Positions 20,575 through 28,754 of a stretch of DNA of 41,148 nt are shown here, one piece after another (the stretch's first letter is position 1; each line of letters starts with the position of its first letter). Made by a program: the position numbers and the translations under genes. The notes below the pieces were generated by a model. The model made no database searches and was not told the origin of the DNA. It was given only the letters and a program-made list of their open reading frames with translations. The stretch comes from an uncultured Gammaproteobacteria bacterium (GTDB lineage: Bacteria; Pseudomonadota; Gammaproteobacteria; HK1), in the NCBI GenBank assembly GCA_965364645.1, contig CBDTYP010000001.1, positions 1 to 41,148 on the forward strand, written 5' to 3'.

Positions 20575-22314
20575 GTGACGACGAAGAGCCCTGAAATTCG
20601 CCGGGCGTTCGCCGCGTGTGGCTCGGCATTCGCCGCCACCGCGGTGTTCAGCTTCTTCCTGAATCTGCTGGTTCTGGTCGTTCCCCTGTACATGTTGCAG
20701 GTGTTCGACCGTGTCCTGTCGAGCCGCAGCGAATCCACCCTGGTGATGCTGACGATACTCGCGGGATTCATGCTGCTGGTCCTCGGCTTTCTCGAGGCCG
20801 TGCGCTCGCGGGTGCTGGTGCGGGCCGGCGTCAAATTCGAAGGGCTCCTGAAAGACCGGGTCTTTGCCGCGGTCTTCGAGCGCAGTGTCGGCGCCCCAGG
20901 CGCAACCCGAACCCAGGCCCTGCAGGATCTCGACGGGCTGCGTCAGTTTCTTACTGGATCCGGATTGTTCGCACTCCTGGATGCACCCTGGACCCCGATA
21001 TTCATCGCGGTCATCTACCTGCTCCACCCCTGGCTGGGCATCGCATCGCTGTGCGGCGCCTTGCTCCTGCTCACGCTCGCGTTACTGAACGAAGCGCTCA
21101 CGAATCGACCGCTCAAGGCCGCCTCCGAGCGGGCTATCAAGGCGAACAACTTCGCCGAGACAAGCCTCGGCAATGCGGAAGTTCTGAAGGCAATGGGCAT
21201 GCTCGCAGGCGTTCGCCGGCGTTGGTATCAACACCGGCTCGCCGCGGTGAGTCATCAGGCACAGGCGAGCGATCGTGCCGGGTTGGTGCTCGCCGGCACC
21301 AAGTTCGTGCGCCTCTATCTGCAGGTGCTGCTGCTGGGTATCGGCGCCTGGCTCACCATGCAGCAGCTCATTACCCCTGGAGCCATGATCGCGTCGGCGA
21401 TTCTGTTGGGGAGGGCGCTGGCGCCGGTGGAGCTCGCCGTCGGCAATTGGCGGGGCTTCGTGGCTGCGCGAGGCGCGCTCACCAGGTTGAAGGATCTGCT
21501 GGACACCGTTCCCGTGGAGAAACCCGGCATGCGTCTGCCGCGGCCCGAGGGGAGAGTTCAGTTCGAGAAGGTGGTGGCGATGGCGCCGGGCTGCGACGCC
21601 GAGGCACCCATTCTCAAGGGAGTCAGTTTTCAACTCATGCCCGGGGGGAGTCTCGGGATAATAGGCCCGACGGCGGCGGGCAAGTCTACGCTTGCGCGAC
21701 TCATGGTGGGTGTCTGGCGCGCGACGCGCGGCACGGTGCGTCTCGACGGTGCCGACGTCTACGAGTGGAGCCGCGCCGACCTCGGCAATCACATCGGCTA
21801 CCAACCCCAGGAAGTGAAGCTCTTCGACGGTACCGTCGCCGAGAACATCGCTCGCTTCGGCAAGGTGGACGCGGAGGGCGTCGTCGACGCGGCCCGCAAG
21901 GCCGCCGCCCACGAGTTGATCCTGCGTCTGCCGCGGGGCTACGACACGCTCGTCGGTTCCCATGGTCACATCCTGTCCGGCGGCCAACGCCAACGCATCG
22001 GACTCGCCCGTGCGCTCTACGGCGATCCCTCGCTCGTCGTCCTCGACGAGCCCAACACGAACCTGGATCAGCCAGGGGAGCGCGCGCTGCTCGCCACCAT
22101 CGCCGATCTCAAGCGTGCGGGGAAGACCGTGGTGGTGGTCGCCCACAGGCCGAACATCCTCGCCGACGTCGATCAGATCCTCTGCCTCAACGAGGGCGTG
22201 ATGGAGATGTTGGGTTCCCGTGACGAGGTTATCGCGAGATACACGCTGCCGCCCGCTCCGCCGGCGCAATCCCCAACCGTCGTCTCCATAGCGGACAAGA
22301 GGCGCTCGGCGTAA
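20575..22314 (+). CDS. Type I secretion system ABC transporter (permease/ATPase, PrtD/AprD type, no C39 peptidase domain)
   Basis: GTG start. N-terminal 6-TM domain starts directly with no peptidase domain. Walker A GPTAAGKST, signature LSGGQRQRIGLARAL, Walker B LVVLDEPNTNLD. Confidence 0.92.
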   Translation: MTTKSPEIRRAFAACGSAFAATAVFSFFLNLLVLVVPLYMLQVFDRVLSSRSESTLVMLTILAGFMLLVLGFLEAVRSRVLVRAGVKFEGLLKDRVFAAVFERSVGAPGATRTQALQDLDGLRQFLTGSGLFALLDAPWTPIFIAVIYLLHPWLGIASLCGALLLLTLALLNEALTNRPLKAASERAIKANNFAETSLGNAEVLKAMGMLAGVRRRWYQHRLAAVSHQAQASDRAGLVLAGTKFVRLYLQVLLLGIGAWLTMQQLITPGAMIASAILLGRALAPVELAVGNWRGFVAARGALTRLKDLLDTVPVEKPGMRLPRPEGRVQFEKVVAMAPGCDAEAPILKGVSFQLMPGGSLGIIGPTAAGKSTLARLMVGVWRATRGTVRLDGADVYEWSRADLGNHIGYQPQEVKLFDGTVAENIARFGKVDAEGVVDAARKAAAHELILRLPRGYDTLVGSHGHILSGGQRQRIGLARALYGDPSLVVLDEPNTNLDQPGERALLATIADLKRAGKTVVVVAHRPNILADVDQILCLNEGVMEMLGSRDEVIARYTLPPAPPAQSPTVVSIADKRRSA

Positions 22315-23651
22315 TGAAGCGGGGAAAGCACGCACCGAGCCGGACGGGGGAGCGCATCCCGCCGCCGCCCTCGAATCCGCGGGGATGGATCCTCGCGGGG
22401 TTCACGACTATCGTCGTCGCCTTCGGCGGCTTCGGCACGTGGGCGGCACTCGCGTCCCTCGACAGCGCGGCAATCGCGCCGGGGATCGTCGTCGTCGAGA
22501 CCGAGCGCAAGAGCGTCCAGCATCTGGAAGGCGGGCTCGTGAAGGAAATCCTCGTGCGGGACGGCGATCGTGTCGGCAAGGGCGACGTGCTCATCCGGCT
22601 CGAGAATACCCACGCGAAGGCCATATACGATATCGTGCGCAGCGAGCTCGACGGCGCGCTGGCGGAGGAGTCCCGGCTCGTCGCCGAACGCGACGGCGCG
22701 GATGCCATCACTTTCCCACCGGATCTCGCGGCCCGCTCCCGGGCCCCGAAAGTGCGCAAGGCCCTGGCGGGGCAACGAAGCTTGTTCGCCGCGCGGCGCA
22801 ACGCGTTGCGCGGCCAGGTCGCGATTCTGGAGAAGAGCATCGCCCAGTACCGGGAGGAGATCGAGGGGTTGCGATCCCAGCAGGCGGCCCGCGAGCAGCA
22901 ACTCACAATACTCGCCGACGAGCTCCGGGGCCTGCGCAAGCTGCTCAAGCAGGGCAACGTGCCCCGGAACGAGGTGCTCGCCTACGAACGAAGGATCGCG
23001 GAGCTCAGCGGGGAGAAGGGCCGTTTCATGGCAGACGTGTCGCGGGCCGAGCAGGGAATCGGCGAGGCACGCCTTCGCATCGGGCAGCTAGAGAAGACGG
23101 CCCGCGAGGAAGTCGCGGCGGAGCTCCGTGACGTTCAGGAGCGCATCTTCGGTCTCGAGGAACGCCTGGTTGCTGCCAGGGACGTCCTGGGCAGAACGGA
23201 GATCCGCGCTCCATCCTCGGGCGTCGTGATGGGTTTGCAGGCACACACCACCGGCGGCGTCGTCGCACCCGCCCAGGAGATCCTGCAGGTGGTGCCCGTC
23301 GGCGATCGCCTCGTCATAGAGGCGCGGGTCGATCCCATCGACATCGACGACGTGGCGATCGGCCAGCAGGCGACGGTACGGCTGACGGCGTTCAAGATGC
23401 GCTCGACACCCATCATCGTCGGCAACCTGATCAATTTGTCGGCCGACCGCCTGGTGGACGACCACAACGGTACGCCCTATTACCTGGCACGGATCGAGGT
23501 ATCAAAGGAAGAGCTTGCGAGTCTGGGGGACCTTCAGCTGCAGCCGGGCATGCCGGTGGAGGCGCTCATCAGGACCGGCGCACGCACGGCCCTCGGATAC
23601 ATGCTGTCGCCGCTGACGGAGAACATCGATCTGGCCTTCAGAGAACGATAG
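22314..23651 (+). CDS. Type I secretion membrane fusion protein (HlyD/PrtE family)
   Basis: The ATG overlaps the upstream stop (TAATG). Single N-terminal TM helix, biotinyl-lipoyl-like VKEILVRDGDRVGKGDVL, long coiled coil, and a C-terminal GMPVEALIRTGARTALGYMLSPL typical of the family. Confidence 0.92.
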   Translation: MKRGKHAPSRTGERIPPPPSNPRGWILAGFTTIVVAFGGFGTWAALASLDSAAIAPGIVVVETERKSVQHLEGGLVKEILVRDGDRVGKGDVLIRLENTHAKAIYDIVRSELDGALAEESRLVAERDGADAITFPPDLAARSRAPKVRKALAGQRSLFAARRNALRGQVAILEKSIAQYREEIEGLRSQQAAREQQLTILADELRGLRKLLKQGNVPRNEVLAYERRIAELSGEKGRFMADVSRAEQGIGEARLRIGQLEKTAREEVAAELRDVQERIFGLEERLVAARDVLGRTEIRAPSSGVVMGLQAHTTGGVVAPAQEILQVVPVGDRLVIEARVDPIDIDDVAIGQQATVRLTAFKMRSTPIIVGNLINLSADRLVDDHNGTPYYLARIEVSKEELASLGDLQLQPGMPVEALIRTGARTALGYMLSPLTENIDLAFRER

Positions 23652-23667
23652 TTCCAGCACACCTCTG

Positions 23668-24156
23668 CTACGAATAGAGCCCGTGCCTCCGGTGCCAATC
23701 TTCCATGGACTCTTCCGGAACGGCCTCGAAGTGCACATGACCCGGCCCCTCGGGTACTGGAATCCAATCGGGCTTCTGAGACAGGTGGATATGGAAATAC
23801 TCGGGCGGGACCGGCAGCTCCGTGTCGATCGCGGAAGCGGCCGCGTAGATCCACCTCGACCATGACGGCGAGTAGATATAGAGATGCCCTCCGCAATGCC
23901 TGCAGTCGTGGAGTCTGAGCTCCACGGGTGGAATGTCCGGGCCTGGTGGGTTACTGAAGACCGTGTAGACGCAAACGTCTTCGGAGCCTTCGACCCGTAG
24001 CGTATCGGCTTCTCCCATGACGCTCGCTACACCGCCGATGCCGCCATGGGTTTTGAGACAGCGCGTGCAGTAACAAAATCGATACGGATACGGAGTATGG
24101 GAATCGAATCCAAGTCGTACCTTTCCGCAGTGACACGATCCCTCCAGATTCATCAT
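23668..24156 (-). CDS. GFA-family (CENP-V/glutathione-dependent formaldehyde-activating-like) zinc protein
   Basis: Cys clusters CHCGKV, CYCTRC and CRHCGG. 162 aa. It starts 17 nt after the upstream stop. Confidence 0.85.
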   Translation of the reverse strand: MMNLEGSCHCGKVRLGFDSHTPYPYRFCYCTRCLKTHGGIGGVASVMGEADTLRVEGSEDVCVYTVFSNPPGPDIPPVELRLHDCRHCGGHLYIYSPSWSRWIYAAASAIDTELPVPPEYFHIHLSQKPDWIPVPEGPGHVHFEAVPEESMEDWHRRHGLYS

Positions 24157-24173
24157 CGTCCAAACCTTCCTGG

Positions 24174-25187
24174 TTATTTCACCACAATGCTCGAACGGCC
24201 TGGCGCCGAGGCGGACAAACCGCGAAGGGGTTTCATGGCCGTGACGATGCGCTTCTCCAGTTCCGGAATCCTGCCGAGCGAAGTCGCCATTCTTGCACTG
24301 CCTCCGAGTCTGGCAATCGAACGTTCCATGGAGTTCACCCCACGCTCGAGAGGGGCTACTACGCGGGCGAGTGGATTCAGGCTGCGCTCGAGCCTGTTCA
24401 CGAGCTTCTTGAGGCCCACGGCCTTCAGGATCTCATTGACTATCGGATCGATGATCTTGCTGGTGACCCAGCTCACGGCGTCAAGTGCCCATTTCACCGG
24501 TTTCAACGCCTTGTTCAGTTCCTTCAGTGGCCCCTCCAGGGGGCGCAGGGCGCGGTTGAGGTCATCGGCCGCGGCGAGGGCGTCGGCGACCGGTTTGCCC
24601 GCCCGGGCGACGCCTTCGAACCCGCCGCTGATGGTGTTCAGCGACTGGGTGAGCGCGGTCCGCTTTTCGGCGATCGCCCTTATCTCGGGCGCGAGCACGG
24701 CGTTCATGCCACCGCAGGCGGACTCGACGTCCTCCGGCGGACAGTCGCCGAGGCGGCGATTCATCTCTTCCGTCACCGATAACCAGCCTCGCAGGAGCGC
24801 CTGGGCGCGATCCAGGGACTGCTTCGCCTTCGAGACCGGCGGATGAACCTTCGCGACGGCCTTCTTCGCCGGCTTGCATTGACGGTCCATCTTGTCGGCG
24901 GCGCGCTTCGCCCGGTCCGCGGTTCGCCTGACGGATCGCAGGACCTTCGCGATGCGGCCCGCCAGGGTGCCGATGACGGGGAAGGGCATCAGGAACAGCG
25001 CCGAGTATCGTAGGCTCCGCGCCTTCGATGACAGCCACCTCAAGGCAACGGAAAGCTGCCGGGGTTTGGCCAGAACGGATTTCGTGCCCTTTACCGCGGC
25101 GTGGCTCCGGTCGACCGGCTTCTGCATCTTGGCCACGTCTCCGGAGAGCCTCCTGAGATTCCGCTCCAGATTTCCGAGCTCCGTCAT
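24174..25187 (-). CDS. Hypothetical all-helical protein with one hydrophobic segment (337 aa, no family recognised)
   Basis: ATG after AGGAAGAGG. Lys/Arg/Ala/Leu-rich sequence with repeated L-x-R/K-x-L-x-P-L/V motifs (LNRALRPLEGPL, LNKALKPVKWAL, LERSLNPLARVVAPLERGV) and a hydrophobic stretch YSALFLMPFPVIGTLAG. The competing frames (24046-24846 +, 24562-25419 -) are Arg/Ser/Pro-rich shadow frames. Confidence 0.75.
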   Translation of the reverse strand: MTELGNLERNLRRLSGDVAKMQKPVDRSHAAVKGTKSVLAKPRQLSVALRWLSSKARSLRYSALFLMPFPVIGTLAGRIAKVLRSVRRTADRAKRAADKMDRQCKPAKKAVAKVHPPVSKAKQSLDRAQALLRGWLSVTEEMNRRLGDCPPEDVESACGGMNAVLAPEIRAIAEKRTALTQSLNTISGGFEGVARAGKPVADALAAADDLNRALRPLEGPLKELNKALKPVKWALDAVSWVTSKIIDPIVNEILKAVGLKKLVNRLERSLNPLARVVAPLERGVNSMERSIARLGGSARMATSLGRIPELEKRIVTAMKPLRGLSASAPGRSSIVVK

Positions 25188-25214
25188 ATTCGATACCTCT
25201 TCCTTGGTGGTCTC

Positions 25215-27452
25215 CTAATCGGGTGTCTCGAAGGGCTCCGGATCGAGGAAGCGTTTCACGACATTGTCCAACAGACGGGACACGTCGTTTTCGAAGTTGT
25301 TCGTGACCAGGCTGCCGCAGAATGTGATAGAGCCGGTGGAGAATACGGCGCCACCGTTGGGGCATTCGAAGAACGTCATGTCGGCGCGGATGAGATCCTT
25401 CGCGGGTTCGCCGGGCCACGTGACGATGTGGGTGAGCATCTCCTCCGGGACCAGCACCCAGGGCGCGTCGGGCGGATGGTTCTCCGAGCTCGCGATCACG
25501 ACCGCGTGCTCGGGCGTGCCGAGGCGCTTGTCGGCGCGATCGAGCTCGAAGCCGGCCGCGCCGTGGGCGGACAGCCCGTGATCGCCGAACACTTCTTCGT
25601 TCACGCCGTCGAATATCCAGGACACTCTGTCGTCCGCGGCCTCGTCACGCTTTCTATAATAGGAGCCGAGAAAATTGCCCTGGGCGGTAAAGCCGACGCC
25701 ACACAGATGCTGGGGCGGGCGGCCGTTGCGCCGCCACAGGCCGCCGTACTCTCCATCGAACTGGTTGTAGTACTCGCCGGGCTCCGCCGCCCACGCGCGG
25801 ATACCACCCTCGCCGCGCCGGATCTCGATGACGCCGTCCTGTTCGGGCGAGAGCGCGACCTTCCAATAGAACCCGTTGCCGCCCAGGTAACAGAAGCGCC
25901 CGCCGCCGTCGCGATAGGCTTCCAACGCGTCGATCATCTCTCGGGTGTGGTACTCCGGGTGGGAGCCGGTCAGCACCACGGAGTATTGGTTCAGGAGATC
26001 GACGCCCTCGTTATGCAGCTCCCAATCCGTGATGATGTCGTAGTCATGGCCCTTGGCTTCCAGCCATGCGTTCAGGTGCGAGTCCGCCGGAAAGTGGCGC
26101 AGGCCCGATCCGCGGATGTCGTCGTAGGGATAGGTGATGTAACCCAGGCGCACCGTCAGCATCGGGCGGTGCCAGGACGCGATGGAGACCCCGCTGCCGT
26201 CGGTGTGGTAGTTGTAGGTGGAGAGCCCGTACTCGTGGTGATCTCCCGGGTTCTCTCCGTAGCCGCCCCAATCCGCCGCCTGCCGGCGCCAGGCGGCCTG
26301 CCACTCGGGATCCCTCTCCCATTCGGGCCGCGCGTGGTTGGCGTAGATCGTATAGGTGATGGTGGACGCGAGCACCGCGATCCTGGCGGTGGCGCGTCCC
26401 CTGGGCGGAACCACGTGGAAGGGCACGTTCTCCTCGGCGTCACCGGTGGACAACAGCAGCGCGTAGACCGATGAGCGCGTCCCCTCCGGGACCTTCCAGG
26501 CGAATACGGCCGGCCAGTGGCAGTCGTCGATGTCGTCCTCGTGGAAGTGGATCGCGCCGTACTCGGCGGGCGCATGGCGGAAGCACATCTCGTACCCGCT
26601 CCAGCCGGCGCCGGTCATGGCCCGGGCCGGCGTGTTCACGAGTCGTCCGTGGAGTCCCGAGGATCCCACGTCGACGATGCGGCTGCCGTGAACCTCTTGT
26701 GCGAAATCCCAGCACGCCGCCGCGGCTGCCGGCTCTTCGCCCCCGATAGCGGTCGCGATCTCCGAATCCGACAGCGCGCGATCGTAGAGGGTCGGGCGCT
26801 CGAGCTTGCCGTTGAAATGCAGGGTGGGCATCCCGTGGTCGGCGGCCGCCATGAGCAGGGGGCCGTCCGCTTTCGGCGACGCGCCGTCACTCAGCACTAC
26901 GCTCGCGTCGAACAACGCGGACGTGCCGACGGATGCGTGTCCGATGGCGAGTTCCCTGGTGTCGGCGTCGAATCGCAGCCAAACGGTCTGCCAGCGCCGC
27001 TCCGGAAGCGCCCTCGCGCTCCGCAGCTCCTCGAATGCGCCGCCGTTTCCCATGACCGCCGTCAACCGCCCATCTTCGCCGATCATCAGTCCGAAGCCGC
27101 GGTGGCTTTCTTGCTCCAATCGTGCGATCAGCGCCTGCCGGCGGCCGTCGAGGCGCGTGGGCCAGGCCCGGCAGACGACCGTGAAGCTCTTCCCCGAGAG
27201 CCAGGGCTCGACGCCATCCACGACCGCGTAGGACCCATGGGGCACCCGTGGCGGGCCGCACTCCGCCAGCGCAGTGACGTCCGCGTCGATCTCCTCCAGC
27301 TGGATTCCCGGGCCCGCGGGGTTCGCATCCGACGAGATGACCCGAACCACCCGAGCCGTCACCGGCTCCCGGGTGACGCTGGCTGCATGAAATGTGATGG
27401 TCTCGCCGGGACGGACGGAGAGGCGATCGGCGTAGGCGGCGAGTGGCAGCAT
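25215..27452 (-). CDS. N,N-dimethylformamidase large (beta) subunit-like protein (LamG-like N-terminal region + DMFase-beta C-terminal domain)
   Basis: Collinear with my recollection of the DmfA2 sequence. Matching segments: AYADRLSVRPGETITF, SDANPAGPG, HFNGKLERPTLY, PAEYGAIHFHEDDIDDCHW, PFHVVPPRG..VLASTITYTIYAN, YGLSTYNYHTDGSGV, VVLTGSHPEYHT, GGRFCYLGGNGFYW, AAGFELDR, IRADMTFFECPNGGAVFSTGSI, NDVSRLLDNV. Confidence 0.85.
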   Translation of the reverse strand: MLPLAAYADRLSVRPGETITFHAASVTREPVTARVVRVISSDANPAGPGIQLEEIDADVTALAECGPPRVPHGSYAVVDGVEPWLSGKSFTVVCRAWPTRLDGRRQALIARLEQESHRGFGLMIGEDGRLTAVMGNGGAFEELRSARALPERRWQTVWLRFDADTRELAIGHASVGTSALFDASVVLSDGASPKADGPLLMAAADHGMPTLHFNGKLERPTLYDRALSDSEIATAIGGEEPAAAAACWDFAQEVHGSRIVDVGSSGLHGRLVNTPARAMTGAGWSGYEMCFRHAPAEYGAIHFHEDDIDDCHWPAVFAWKVPEGTRSSVYALLLSTGDAEENVPFHVVPPRGRATARIAVLASTITYTIYANHARPEWERDPEWQAAWRRQAADWGGYGENPGDHHEYGLSTYNYHTDGSGVSIASWHRPMLTVRLGYITYPYDDIRGSGLRHFPADSHLNAWLEAKGHDYDIITDWELHNEGVDLLNQYSVVLTGSHPEYHTREMIDALEAYRDGGGRFCYLGGNGFYWKVALSPEQDGVIEIRRGEGGIRAWAAEPGEYYNQFDGEYGGLWRRNGRPPQHLCGVGFTAQGNFLGSYYRKRDEAADDRVSWIFDGVNEEVFGDHGLSAHGAAGFELDRADKRLGTPEHAVVIASSENHPPDAPWVLVPEEMLTHIVTWPGEPAKDLIRADMTFFECPNGGAVFSTGSITFCGSLVTNNFENDVSRLLDNVVKRFLDPEPFETPD

Positions 27453-27462
27453 GGGTGTTTCT

Positions 27463-27768
27463 TCAGTCGGCGAGCTTGGATGTGACGCTGTCGATCTTGT
27501 CCTGCATGGTCTGATCGCGATCGGTGCGTGTCCCGATTCGGATGGACGTGCTGACGCGCGGCGCGCCCATCTCGTGGATGCGCTCGTGACACTGCCTGAT
27601 CGCGTTCATGACGTCGTCCCAATCGCCCTCGACGTTGGTGCCGTAGGCATGCAGCCGGGGAGTCAGCCCCGCATCGCGGAAGATTTCCTCGCAGACGGCG
27701 ACGTACTTCGATACCGAGACGCCGACACCGATGGGTACGACGCAGACGTCGGCAATTGCTTTGATCAC
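27463..27768 (-). CDS. MTH1187/YkoF-like (DUF77) small thiamine-binding-fold protein
   Basis: GTG start after GGGGGAG. 101 aa. IADVCVVPIGVGVSVSKYVA..LHAYGTNVEGDWDDVM fits the ferredoxin-like DUF77 pattern. Its stop lies 10 nt before the next gene's start. Confidence 0.75.
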   Translation of the reverse strand: MIKAIADVCVVPIGVGVSVSKYVAVCEEIFRDAGLTPRLHAYGTNVEGDWDDVMNAIRQCHERIHEMGAPRVSTSIRIGTRTDRDQTMQDKIDSVTSKLAD

Positions 27769-27846
27769 CTCATCTCCCCCGAGCAGCAGGATAGCAAACC
27801 CAATCGTATGCGAGGGACCCGCGCTGCGCCAGGCTTCATCGACCGC

Positions 27847-28467
27847 TCAAGAAACCACCATGAGACAGACCCAGCCATCGATCTTCTCGTTGACGTGGTA
27901 GGGCTCCTTTGTGAGGGACAGACACGTCACCCTGCCGGCGGCGGCGAGCTCATCGATTTTCTCGCGAAAGCCGAAACTCTCGAATGCCCTCTCGTTCACG
28001 GAGAAACACAGGAAGCCGCCGGTTGCCACGACGCGAACGCATTCCTCCAGCGCCGGCGGGAGGACGTGCTGCCCGAGGACACCGACGCAGACGGCAGCGG
28101 CGTAGGCGCCATCGGCGATATCGAGATTGGCATTGAGATCGGCCACGGCGAGATGCGAGTAGCAATCCCGTCCCCTCGCCACAGCGAGCATCTCGGCCGA
28201 GAAATCGACGCCGTCGATGCTCCCGTAGCCGAGGGCCGACAATGCGTCGCCGGCGAGCCCGGTGCCGCAACCGAGGTCGATCAGCCTCGCATCCCGATCC
28301 GGCAGGTGCCGTGCTATCGTCCGGGCGCAGATGACGGGGCTGACATAGCCGATCTCGGCCAGAAGAATTTCGTCGTACTGCCCCGCCGCGTCGTCGTAGA
28401 ACGACCGCACGTCGGCGTCCTCTTCGAGCGCGTAGATTCGGTCCAGAAACTCCCGTCCCCTGCCCAT
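27847..28467 (-). CDS. Class I SAM-dependent methyltransferase (same subfamily as the C-terminal domain of 10292-11827)
   Basis: LIDLGCGTGLAG (motif I), GVDFSAEMLAVAR, ATGGFLCFSVNE. 206 aa. Confidence 0.85.
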   Translation of the reverse strand: MGRGREFLDRIYALEEDADVRSFYDDAAGQYDEILLAEIGYVSPVICARTIARHLPDRDARLIDLGCGTGLAGDALSALGYGSIDGVDFSAEMLAVARGRDCYSHLAVADLNANLDIADGAYAAAVCVGVLGQHVLPPALEECVRVVATGGFLCFSVNERAFESFGFREKIDELAAAGRVTCLSLTKEPYHVNEKIDGWVCLMVVS

Positions 28468-28754
28468 GAAATCCTCGCCTGAGCGCTCCTGCTGCCTTGC
28501 GCCCGCACTGTATGTGGTCCGTAGCTCGATTGTAAGGCAGTTGGAACGCCGGCCCGGTTAGCGTGCCTGATGACTGAACGAGGGTTGCCGTACAGCGTTT
28601 GTACGGGTCGTCGACATGGAGTGCCGCCTCTCCGGCCGGGCGGCTCCAGCTGCGACACTAACTCGTTGATTTTTCGGACACCGGCCCGGCGGCACGAAAA
28701 ATGCAAAGGACTATGTGAACGTTGCTCCGGGCGACTCGACGGGGAGGCTCCGGC

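Noticed and set aside
20616-22223. 535-aa plus-strand ORF overlapping the T1SS ABC gene in another frame
   Set aside because: It is extremely Arg/Gly/Pro-rich with no domains. The 20575-22314 frame has complete ABC motifs.
18437-23651. The T1SS locus as a mobile genomic island
   Set aside because: An AT-rich stretch lies upstream. However, there are no flanking direct repeats, tRNA gene, integrase or transposase, and the T1SS genes look compositionally similar to their neighbours.
24562-25419. 285-aa minus-strand ORF overlapping the helical orphan gene and the end of the DMFase-like gene
   Set aside because: It is an Arg-rich shadow frame with no ribosome-binding site. It would overlap two better-supported genes.
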